Shown here piece after piece: positions 55,788 through 64,000 of a stretch of 64,000 bases of DNA. The notes beneath the pieces are model-generated. The model had not been told where the DNA came from. It saw only the letters and a list, made by a program, of their open reading frames with translations, and did no database searches. Position 1 is the stretch's first letter, and every line of letters begins with the position of its first letter. The stretch lies in NCBI GenBank assembly GCA_041689795.1, contig JBDNFN010000396.1, positions 16,122 to 80,121 on the forward strand. Direction: 5' to 3'. The translations under genes and the position numbers were made by a program. The DNA comes from Fuerstiella sp. GTDB lineage: Bacteria > Planctomycetota > Planctomycetia > Planctomycetales > Planctomycetaceae.

Positions 55788-58700
55788 TTAGTTCAGAAAC
55801 AGAAATTCTTTTGTGTTTAGTAAGGCGTGACAGATTTCCGTCAAAACTTCCGGGCTCAGTTCGGTTACCGTTGTAGCGGTTTCACCCTGAGCAAACGCCT
55901 GCAGTGTCGCAACCTGGCTTTCTGTGGCTGGACGTCCAAATAACTGGTACCAGGCTTTTGCCAGAACCTTTGGAGTAGACGTTTCTGAATTCAGAAGAGC
56001 AGACGCCCACCGGCTTGCCTGCTGATTTACGAATTCGTTGTTCAACATAATCAGCGCTTGAGCGGGCACGTTGGACGTTGTTCGTTTTCCGGTTGTCGTC
56101 ACAGGCGGAGGAACGTCGAAGGCCTGCATGAATGGCGAGAGGAAGTTTCTGTTGACGGCGATATATATACTTCGTCGGCCACCTCCATCCAGTGGACCGT
56201 CGTTTCCGGGACGGCCACGTCCCTGCATAAAGGCCGTTAAGTGAACGGCCATCGGCGATCCGAATTGATCCGGGCTTAGCGCGCCAGAGACAGAAAGAAT
56301 TGCATCCCTAACAGCTTCACCCTGCAATCGACGAATGTTTGCTCGATGCAGCAAAGTATTCGTGGGATCTTTCGCCTCAGCGGCTTCAGATCTCTCGCTG
56401 CTAAGGCGATACGTTTTCGAAAGCATGATGGAACGGATCAGTTGTTTCGTTGACCAGCCGTGACTTTGGAACGCAGTCGCTAGATGGTCGAGCAGTTCCG
56501 GATGACTTGGTGTCTTGCCGAGCACTCCAAAGTTGTCAGTGGATTCCACAATTCCTCGACCAAACAGGTGGTGCCAGATTCGGTTTACCGCGACGCGTGC
56601 CACCAGTGGGTTGTCATCGGCAAGGAGTTGTTCGGCAAGTTGCAGTCTGCCGCTGCCCGACATTTCGGGCACCAATTTTGTTTGCAGTGCTGTCAGGATA
56701 TTGCGTTCGGCCACCTGACCTGGGTTGCGGTGGTTGCCTCGAATAAATACGTGTTCGTTTTCCGGGCTGCCTTCCGTCATTGCGATGACGGGAAACGGTT
56801 TAGGAACATTGGTTGCTTCGTGAATCCATGTTTCTGCGATCGATCGCCATTCCCTGGATGTTGCCGATGAAAGCATCGATCGGCTAAGCAATGTCGCTGT
56901 CGTTGGTTGCGGGAACGCGATCGCAGACTTCAGCCATGTCTCAACAATCTGCTGGTTGGTTGCGCCGGCCGCAGTCTGGTCTTTGCTAATCGAAATATTC
57001 ACAGGGTTCGATGGTTCAGGCCCCGGGCTGGCACCTGGCGTGTTTGCGAAACGGACTTCCTTAACCGCAAACCAGCCATCGCCTTCATCCAGAAACTCAA
57101 GATGTGCTCGATGGCCCTTGTAGCGATGTACGTCGCCGGCAAGGCGGATCCAGCGGTCTTCGCCCTGAGTGTCGATTTTCTGTCGAGCACCGCTGAACAG
57201 AAGCTCGCTGAATTCATTCATCAGATAGCCGTCAATCACGAGTCTCACGCGGCAGCCCTCACCGGCCACGCGGATCAAAATTTCGGGGTGAGAAAGTTCG
57301 AACGTCGGGCTGCTTAATTCTCCGCGAAGTTCTCTGGACAATGTGGCGGAACTGACACCATCGGCATCGTTTACGGCAAGGCCGGTTGTTCTCCACTCCA
57401 CCGTCAGTTGCTTGTTGCTGTTTGGTTCTGTCAGGTTCGAAAATGCTTCTCCGGTGTGAAACCAATCATCAGGCAATCCGTTTCGAAGGTCTGCGAAAGC
57501 TGTTGTTTTTGTATCTATTGCTGGCTCATTCGATCCTGTGACCTTCCAGTTGTTGAATACACTTGCCGCCGTCGCCTTGATGTCGGACTGGGCGACGGTC
57601 GCCAGCAAAGACAGTGGGTTATCGGGGGAAGTCGTCGACTTGTCGTTTAACGCTCGCACCCATGCGTTGAGGAGTGGTGCATCGCAGTTCGTTTCTTTAG
57701 CGACCATACGGACGTCTCGGCGTACGCCAGTTTCGGTTGGCGTGTTACAGAATTCGATGTGGTCCACATTGACGTGTCCCCAGCCACCGGCGTGTTGATC
57801 GATGATGTCAATATGAGCTGTTTTGCCGATCAGATCAGCGACGTTCCACGAATGCGGTAACAGTGTCTCCTGGTTTTTTCCCGTGGCTGTACGGGCGGCT
57901 TTTCCGTCGACAACAAGATTGACGCACGTCTTTTTCGGATGATTGCCGCCACCAATCAGAAAGCGGATGCCAGGCTTTTCGATCGTGAAAGACGGTGAAC
58001 GCATTTTGCCCTTCCAGCCATCACTGAGATTCCATGAATTCACTAGACGCTGTCCGCGACGTCCTGTCAGCTCGCCCTGTCCTGGAAAGTTACCCGTGGC
58101 TGTTCCTTTTCCGAACGCCATTCCGCTGACTTCCCAGTCGGTCAGAACTTCGTCTTCAAAATCTTCAAACACGACAACTTCGTCAGCGGTTTTCGACAGC
58201 GGGGCGATGGGCTCACCGCGAATTACTTCCAAAGTAGCCAGAGCGTACTTGCGAAGTTCTTCATTCGAGTCGACTGACACGGCATAGCTGGCGGCAAGGC
58301 GACCGGCGTCGTTGCTAAGGTTTCGAAGAGTCTGCACGCGTTGTGAAATCCCATGGTTTCGATCCAGCCACGCCGTTTGTCGCCGAGAACTTTGCAGAAA
58401 ACCAGCCAGAGCGTAATAGTCTTTGGTTGAAATCGCATCGAACTTGTGATCGTGGCAGCGAGCGCACGCGACGGTCATTCCCAGAAACGTTTTTGAGAAC
58501 ACATCGATCTGGTTATCTATCTTTCCGGCCTCTTCAGCTTTAACATCAACCGGTGCGTGTTTGTCTTCGCACAAATACCAGAATCCTGTGGCGATAACCG
58601 ATTCGTTATAGCCTTCCATTACATGCAGTCGCGGTTGAGTCAGCAGGTCGCCAGCGACGTGTTCACGAATGAAATCGTCGTATGGCAGGTCTGCATTGAT

Positions 58701-59612
58701 GGCTCTAATGACATAGTCTCGGTACTGCCACGCGTTGTGGAGCGGATAGTCGAATTCATGTCCCAGGGTATCGGCATAACGCACAAGGTCCAGCCAGTGA
58801 CGCCCCCAGCGTTCGCCGAAATGAATCGACTGCAGAAGTTCGTCGATGACTTTTGCCATCGCTGTTTCGTTGTCGCGTGAGTCATTCACGAAGGCTTCGA
58901 TTTGTTCGATGGAAGGTGGTACTCCAATCAGATCGAAGTACATGCGGCGAATCAGCGTATAACGATCGGCTTCCGTTGCGGCATCAATTTGGGCCGACTG
59001 CAGGCGAGACATCACAAATGCATCGATCGCGTTTTTATTCCATTCCGGATTCGCCACCTGAGGAATTTTCGGAGATGCAATCGGGTGCCACGCCCAGTGA
59101 GACTGCCGACGTTCTTCCAGCGGAAATTCTGCATTTTCAATCGGAGCGGCGTCCATGTCTTCGGGCCAGTAAGCTCCATCGGCGATCCACTTTTCCAGAA
59201 TGGCTACTTCGGCCTCAGGCATGCGAGATCGGGGCGGCATTTCGAAACTTTCGTAACGAACGGCTTCCATCAGGATGCTCTCATCCGGTTTTCCCGGAAC
59301 AATAGCGGGCCCGCTGTCTCCACCGATGAGCATCGCTTTGCGGCCGGAAAGCACCAGGCTGCCTTTGGGCTCCGCAGATGCTTTGTGGCATTCGAAACAA
59401 CGAGCTTCCAGCAACGGCAACACTTTTTCTTTCACAAAACGAAGCTGCTCGTCGGTCGCTGAAACGGTCGCTGAAACGGTCGCTGAAACGGTGGCCGATT
59501 CGCTGGCTTCGAGAGCGGATGGCAAGGACTTTTCGTCAGCGGCATTGGTCGGCATGCTGCTGAAAAAGCAAACAGCCAATACGGTAGCGCAGGTAAGTCG
59601 CGTTTGGTTCAT
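55788..59612 (-). CDS. PSCyt1 / DUF1549 / DUF1553 protein with a ~480-aa central insert (two lectin/LamG-like beta-sandwich modules)
   Basis: It has a signal peptide, CFECHK, CARCHDHKFDA and NRIWHHLFGRGIVESTDNFG. The insert contains FEDFEDEVLTDWEVSGMAFGKG...IRFLIGGGNHPKKTCVNLVVDGK...WGHVNVDHIEF and a second similar module, ...ILIRVAGEGCRVRLVIDGY...WFAVKEVRF. Confidence 0.9.
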   Translation of the reverse strand: MNQTRLTCATVLAVCFFSSMPTNAADEKSLPSALEASESATVSATVSATVSATDEQLRFVKEKVLPLLEARCFECHKASAEPKGSLVLSGRKAMLIGGDSGPAIVPGKPDESILMEAVRYESFEMPPRSRMPEAEVAILEKWIADGAYWPEDMDAAPIENAEFPLEERRQSHWAWHPIASPKIPQVANPEWNKNAIDAFVMSRLQSAQIDAATEADRYTLIRRMYFDLIGVPPSIEQIEAFVNDSRDNETAMAKVIDELLQSIHFGERWGRHWLDLVRYADTLGHEFDYPLHNAWQYRDYVIRAINADLPYDDFIREHVAGDLLTQPRLHVMEGYNESVIATGFWYLCEDKHAPVDVKAEEAGKIDNQIDVFSKTFLGMTVACARCHDHKFDAISTKDYYALAGFLQSSRRQTAWLDRNHGISQRVQTLRNLSNDAGRLAASYAVSVDSNEELRKYALATLEVIRGEPIAPLSKTADEVVVFEDFEDEVLTDWEVSGMAFGKGTATGNFPGQGELTGRRGQRLVNSWNLSDGWKGKMRSPSFTIEKPGIRFLIGGGNHPKKTCVNLVVDGKAARTATGKNQETLLPHSWNVADLIGKTAHIDIIDQHAGGWGHVNVDHIEFCNTPTETGVRRDVRMVAKETNCDAPLLNAWVRALNDKSTTSPDNPLSLLATVAQSDIKATAASVFNNWKVTGSNEPAIDTKTTAFADLRNGLPDDWFHTGEAFSNLTEPNSNKQLTVEWRTTGLAVNDADGVSSATLSRELRGELSSPTFELSHPEILIRVAGEGCRVRLVIDGYLMNEFSELLFSGARQKIDTQGEDRWIRLAGDVHRYKGHRAHLEFLDEGDGWFAVKEVRFANTPGASPGPEPSNPVNISISKDQTAAGATNQQIVETWLKSAIAFPQPTTATLLSRSMLSSATSREWRSIAETWIHEATNVPKPFPVIAMTEGSPENEHVFIRGNHRNPGQVAERNILTALQTKLVPEMSGSGRLQLAEQLLADDNPLVARVAVNRIWHHLFGRGIVESTDNFGVLGKTPSHPELLDHLATAFQSHGWSTKQLIRSIMLSKTYRLSSERSEAAEAKDPTNTLLHRANIRRLQGEAVRDAILSVSGALSPDQFGSPMAVHLTAFMQGRGRPGNDGPLDGGGRRSIYIAVNRNFLSPFMQAFDVPPPVTTTGKRTTSNVPAQALIMLNNEFVNQQASRWASALLNSETSTPKVLAKAWYQLFGRPATESQVATLQAFAQGETATTVTELSPEVLTEICHALLNTKEFLFLN
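59454..59489. repeat. 12-bp tandem repeat x3 (GGTCGCTGAAAC) inside the PSCyt gene, encoding (SATV)n
   Basis: Perfect units lie at 59454, 59466 and 59478. The protein reads SATVSATVSATVSAT just after the signal peptide. Confidence 0.9.
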
Positions 59613-59717
59613 GATTGGAAAGGTATTCTGAGGGCAGAGTTTAGGCTAGACACGTATTGTGTGCGCGATAGGCCCCGAAATTCAATGCAAAGAATCTTCA
59701 TCGCCCCGACGGTTACG

Positions 59718-61106
59718 CTAATTGATGTCTTTGCCCGTCAATAGATGTTCGATTTCGTCCGCGCGAACACCGATTTCTACCACGCTGCGGCGAATTTCTT
59801 CGGCGCTAACGGTTGCACGTGGATACGTGTCGACCATTACAAAACACGGTCGACCATCGATGTCTTTGATGGACAGTCCCCCGTGTAGAACGACCGCATT
59901 CAGGCGAAGAGCGTCTTCATAGAAATCGGGGCAGGAATCACAACAGACGCTGAAGATGTTAAGCAGGCGATCACCCGCCTTATGATCGCTGTTTTCCAGA
60001 TACACAACCTGACTACGGCCGTTGGGGAACTTGATTGTGACCTGTACGGTCTTCTGCATTGTCTTGCAGGAAATGCTGGGTATGTTGTTAAACGCTTCAT
60101 AAACAAGAGTATCAAGATCGCGTGTCGAGCCCAGAACGGCTTGTAATAACTGCGAAATTGCTGCGCCATCTCGAGGACGCATTTGGGGATCTCTGGCCAG
60201 CATCGAACTGACGCATTCTGCTATTTCCAGTGGGATTTCCGGCTGATGGCGCCGCACACTTTTGTATTCACCCGTGAGAATAGACGCCATCAATGCATTC
60301 ATTGTTGCGCCTTCAAAAGGGTGGACTCCGGTTAGCATCAGATAATAGCAGACACCCAAAGCAAAGACGTCACTGGCTGGCGATGCGTCAAGCCCTTCCA
60401 GTAGTTCCGGAGCCATAAAGTGCGGCGTTCCCGCCAGTTTTGCATGGCTTTGGGAATGCACCTGCTTCGCGAGACCAAAATCTGCAATCTTGGGATAGCC
60501 AGCGGGAGTCACTAGCACGTTGTCTGGTTTGAGATCGCGATGCACAATGCCAATCCGATGAGCGGCCGCGAGGCCTTCTGCGATTCCGACGGCCATTTGG
60601 GTGGCACGTAGTGGGCCAATGGCGCCAGCTGATTCTATTTCTCGCTGCAGTGATTGCCCCGGGACAAATTCCATTTCAAGAAAATGGTGCTTGCCTGCTT
60701 TGCCAATCGCATGCGTCGTCACAATGTTGGGATGCACTAAGGCGGCCGCCGCGCGACCTTCGTTTTCGAAACGTTCTATGTAGTCGACGCTGCGAGAAAC
60801 TCGGCGAGGAGAAAGTACCTTCAACGCGCATTGGCGGTGCAGAAGTTGATTCTTGGCCAGGTAGACGACTCCCATGCCGCCTCGCCCGAGCACATTGATG
60901 CAATGGTAGATGTCTACGATCTGTCCGTCGAGTAGAACTTCGTCCAGCTCAATCTCAGTAGAAGATACAACTTCCGCGCCGTGAGGGATCAACACTGTGT
61001 CCAGTGAAATATCCATCGACTGTTGTGGAAGCATGCCGCACCGGGGGCACCTGTTGGCCTCGGCCGAAAATACTTCATTACACGCGATACAATAAAGATT
61101 GGCCAC
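59718..61106 (-). CDS. Ser/Thr protein kinase with N-terminal zinc ribbon and an uncharacterised C-terminal domain (no TM helix)
   Basis: CIACNEVFSAEANRCPRCG is followed by LGRGGMGVVYLAKN, CALKVL, HRDLKPDNVLV, DFGLAK and FMAPE, so all catalytic motifs are intact. Confidence 0.9.
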   Translation of the reverse strand: MANLYCIACNEVFSAEANRCPRCGMLPQQSMDISLDTVLIPHGAEVVSSTEIELDEVLLDGQIVDIYHCINVLGRGGMGVVYLAKNQLLHRQCALKVLSPRRVSRSVDYIERFENEGRAAAALVHPNIVTTHAIGKAGKHHFLEMEFVPGQSLQREIESAGAIGPLRATQMAVGIAEGLAAAHRIGIVHRDLKPDNVLVTPAGYPKIADFGLAKQVHSQSHAKLAGTPHFMAPELLEGLDASPASDVFALGVCYYLMLTGVHPFEGATMNALMASILTGEYKSVRRHQPEIPLEIAECVSSMLARDPQMRPRDGAAISQLLQAVLGSTRDLDTLVYEAFNNIPSISCKTMQKTVQVTIKFPNGRSQVVYLENSDHKAGDRLLNIFSVCCDSCPDFYEDALRLNAVVLHGGLSIKDIDGRPCFVMVDTYPRATVSAEEIRRSVVEIGVRADEIEHLLTGKDIN

Positions 61107-61562
61107 AGGTCGCTGTTTTCTAAAAAGCGGTCAAGGTCCGACCAGGGTTATTGGTGCTTTGCCATTGTAATGACTCTACAGGTTGTCGGCATCGCAGATT
61201 CCATCAACAGCATCCAGAATCCAAATTCCCGAAACGACCCGGTAATTCGCTTGCAGAGATTCACATTCGAATCATGTCTAAGCGATCATCGTAAGAGCCC
61301 GTGAGTGGATTTCCAACCAGAGAATAACATACTTTCTGGCGCTTCGTGCCAGCAAACCGGGTAGTACAGATGGTCGTTTCGCTAGAAGGCGGCGAATCCT
61401 GGCGAGCAAATCGAAAGTAGTGGCAGAATATTTTTTTCGCCTTCACGCTGTCTTCAGGTTGCACCTGGTAACATCCGGTCAAACGCAACGTCGTAGACCC
61501 GCTGCTGCAACTGAAATATTTGGTAGTTCACATTGCGACAGTCCTTGAAAAAAGTTTCCGCC

Positions 61563-62216
61563 ATGCGAGTTCTTGTTGTTGAAGACGAACCCGATTTGCT
61601 CCGCACGATCGCTCAGGTCCTGCGTGAAGATGGGTACGCCGTCGACGAAGCTGCGGATGGTCAGGAAGGTCTGTTTAAAGCGAAAAGCTGGGACTACGAT
61701 GCGATTGTGTTGGATCTTCTGATGCCTAAGTTGACTGGCTGGGAGTTGCTTGAGCAGTTGCGAGTGACTCATAAAACGCCGGTGCTGATTCTGACTGCTC
61801 GGGACGGAGTGAAGGATCGTGTTCGAGGGCTTGATGGCGGCGCAGATGATTATCTGGCGAAGCCGTTTCATTTGGTGGAACTCAAGGCGAGACTGCGATC
61901 TCTCATTCGACGTTCGGCCGGGCTGGCATCTTCACAGATCTTTATTGGTGATCTGGTTGTTGATACAAACGGAAAAACAGTAACTCGCGGCGACACATTG
62001 TTGCCGTTGACACCAACTGAGTTTGCTCTGCTTGAACTTCTCGCAATGCATACCGGGAAGGTGGTTAGCAGAACGCAGATTTACGAACACCTGTTCGACG
62101 AAAACGAAGACACGCTTTCCAATCTTGTGGACGTCCACGTTTCGAACCTCCGGCGGAAACTCGGAAAAGATTTCATTACTACGCGCCGCGGACAGGGGTA
62201 CATACTCCATGGTTAA
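61563..62216 (+). CDS. OmpR/PhoB-family response regulator
   Basis: MRVLVVEDEPDL...DAIVLDLLMPKLTG...ADDYLAKPF is the receiver domain. LTPTEFALLELL...VDVHVSNLRRKL...RGQGY is the winged-helix domain. The start was moved to ATG 61563. Confidence 0.9.
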   Translation: MRVLVVEDEPDLLRTIAQVLREDGYAVDEAADGQEGLFKAKSWDYDAIVLDLLMPKLTGWELLEQLRVTHKTPVLILTARDGVKDRVRGLDGGADDYLAKPFHLVELKARLRSLIRRSAGLASSQIFIGDLVVDTNGKTVTRGDTLLPLTPTEFALLELLAMHTGKVVSRTQIYEHLFDENEDTLSNLVDVHVSNLRRKLGKDFITTRRGQGYILHG

Positions 62217-63984
62217 ATCCATCCGCGGACGTTTGCAATGGTGGTACGGTGGTGTTTACGCACTATCGATCATCGTTTTTGGATGCCTTGTTTATTGGCG
62301 TGCCGCTCGTGATATGAATGAGCGCGCGACGCTGCAGGCAGTTTCAACGGCTCAGTATCTGGATGTTAGTCTTCGCAATTTTCGCTTAGGTCCACCTCGA
62401 GGTCCCAGAACTTCAAATCCGGCGGGCGATCGCCGCGTGGAGGGTGATCGCAATCCAGTGAGAGAACGTGGTGTTCCGGGTGGCGGTTTGGTTACTGATC
62501 AACGTCGCGATGGCGAACGTGGCAACGATCCGTTTCCTGATAACTTTTCTCTGGGGCCACTGCCTCCTGAATTTCAATTCGGTCCTCATCGCGGTTCGGG
62601 GCCAGGACGACGTGGCGATGTTGAGCAAAACTACGGCCGAGCAGGCGACGAGCAGCCTGCCCTAGAGCGGCGTCACGGCGCTGCCCCGGGACCGGATCGT
62701 CGTCAGCCGAGAATTGATCTGCCGGTGCCCGGAGAAACGACATTTGAGCCGAGCGGTGGCCCGTCAGATTCCCTGCGGTCTGATGAGCCGCGTGGACCGC
62801 GTCCGCCCATCGATCATATGGACTTTGTGATCTTTCGGTCAAACGGTGCAGTGTTGACTCGAAGCGACGGTGGCATTGTCGAGTGTTATCTGGTTAAGCC
62901 GGACATGGTAGACGCGGGGCCTCCTTTGCAGTTGTCGCGTTCAGGCGGTTTGATCCAGGTCGCAATGAGAGGACCTGCGGACACTACCATTCTGGTGCTT
63001 CGCCCAATCGGGAACGACGTAAACGGCCTGCACCGTTTTGGCTATCAAATATGTGGCATGGCGATTTCGACATTACTGATTGGCCTTGTTGGTGGCTGGT
63101 GGGTTTCTGGTCGGATGGTGCGGCCAATTCAGATGATTTCAGACACCGCCTCACAGATCTCTGCGGCGAATCTGGATCATCGAATTGAGACGAGCCAGCT
63201 TGACCACGAACTCGTTCAGTTGGCGACTGTATTAAACGGCACGTTTGAGCGGCTTGAACAATCCTTCGGACGACTTACGCAGTTTACTGCAGACGCGTCG
63301 CATGAGTTGCGAACGCCTCTGGCCGTCATCCAATCTCAAATGGAGCTCGCTCTTTCGCAACCGCGAACGGCCGAAGCGTATCAGCAGACTTTGGCAACAT
63401 GTCTGCAATCTTCTGAGCGTATGCGACTGCTGGTCGATGGGCTGCTGCTGCTGGCTCGTACGGATTCAGATCGAGTTGAAATGCGTCCGCAAACGATCGA
63501 TCTCAGAAACTTGGTTGACGATGCTGTCGCTCAGTTGGCAGAAAAAGCGAGTTCCGCCGGAGTTGAACTTGAATGTTCGACACCCGCGACGGCGGTTCCG
63601 GTTTCAGCGGATGTACGCTTTCTGACTCAGGTGCCGGTCAATCTGATCGACAATGCAATTCAGCATTCGTCCACTGGCGGGAAAATATTCATTGATGTGC
63701 GATGCGAAGATTTACTGGCTGTGCTGACTGTTCGCGATACGGGCTGCGGCATTGCCGAGCAGCACCTGCCACGGCTGTTTGAGCGATTTTATCGTGTCGA
63801 TACGGCGCGGTCGCGTCAGCATGGTGGAAGTGGGCTGGGCCTTGCGATTTGCAGGAGTCTGGTAGAAGCTAATGGCGGCACGATTGTGTGTGAGTCAACC
63901 CTTGATGTGGGTTCAATATTTGTTGTCGAACTTCCGCTGCTTATAAATACGGAAGGTGTTTCAGTTAAGGATGTTCAACAATGA
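62209..63984 (+). CDS. Sensor histidine kinase (HisKA/HATPase_c) with a Gly/Pro/Arg/Asp-rich periplasmic region
   Basis: ATG 62209 overlaps the response regulator stop by 8 nt. TM1 is VYALSIIVFGCLVYW and TM2 is ICGMAISTLLIGLVGGWWV. A HAMP-like segment follows, then H-box ADASHELRTPLAVI, N-box NLIDNAIQHS, G1 VRDTGCGI and G2 GGSGLGLAI. Confidence 0.85.
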   Translation: MVKSIRGRLQWWYGGVYALSIIVFGCLVYWRAARDMNERATLQAVSTAQYLDVSLRNFRLGPPRGPRTSNPAGDRRVEGDRNPVRERGVPGGGLVTDQRRDGERGNDPFPDNFSLGPLPPEFQFGPHRGSGPGRRGDVEQNYGRAGDEQPALERRHGAAPGPDRRQPRIDLPVPGETTFEPSGGPSDSLRSDEPRGPRPPIDHMDFVIFRSNGAVLTRSDGGIVECYLVKPDMVDAGPPLQLSRSGGLIQVAMRGPADTTILVLRPIGNDVNGLHRFGYQICGMAISTLLIGLVGGWWVSGRMVRPIQMISDTASQISAANLDHRIETSQLDHELVQLATVLNGTFERLEQSFGRLTQFTADASHELRTPLAVIQSQMELALSQPRTAEAYQQTLATCLQSSERMRLLVDGLLLLARTDSDRVEMRPQTIDLRNLVDDAVAQLAEKASSAGVELECSTPATAVPVSADVRFLTQVPVNLIDNAIQHSSTGGKIFIDVRCEDLLAVLTVRDTGCGIAEQHLPRLFERFYRVDTARSRQHGGSGLGLAICRSLVEANGGTIVCESTLDVGSIFVVELPLLINTEGVSVKDVQQ

Positions 63985-64000
63985 AGTATGAAACTCCGGA
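63981..64000 (+). CDS. Start of a further gene (MKYETP...), truncated by the window edge
   Basis: ATG at 63981 overlaps the kinase TGA stop (ATGA). Only 6 codons are visible. Confidence 0.2.

Overview
The window looks like a chromosomal segment from a member of the Planctomycetota. That assignment is an inference from gene content: PSCyt1/DUF1549/DUF1553 giants, DUF1501 partners, a PVC-type heme-binding CxxCH protein, many Tat or Sec signal peptides, and a FGE-sulfatase family protein. I see about 45 protein genes. They mix housekeeping functions (trpF, hemC, mtnA, lspA, lptB, an S1/rpsA-like gene, one tRNA-Pro(GGG)) with planctomycete-specific secreted and membrane proteins. There are no rRNA genes and no CRISPR array.

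The strongest hunt result is a thioredoxin-fold secreted protein on the minus strand at 27640-28803. Its frame is interrupted by a single in-frame TGA exactly at the redox motif (G-C-T-TGA-N-N-G), so it is a candidate selenoprotein with Sec recoding. It heads a three-gene cluster of secreted proteins of unknown function.

Other notable items:
- a decayed mobile-element remnant (IS4-family transposase pseudogene plus a frameshifted XRE regulator with an operator-like inverted repeat) next to tRNA-Pro
- a 14-bp x6 non-coding tandem repeat in a divergent promoter region
- an 18-bp x12 in-frame repeat in the N-terminal extension of the S1 protein
- a membrane-anchored pseudokinase just downstream of the S1 gene
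- two tandem zinc-ribbon-containing signal peptidase I paralogs with very large inserts
- a fused MlaF-MlaE ABC protein translationally coupled to an upstream membrane-anchored protein
- a soluble diadenylate-cyclase-domain protein with a non-canonical N-terminal domain
- a Q/Y/P-rich secreted low-complexity protein

All functional calls come from motif recognition by eye. No database search was run.
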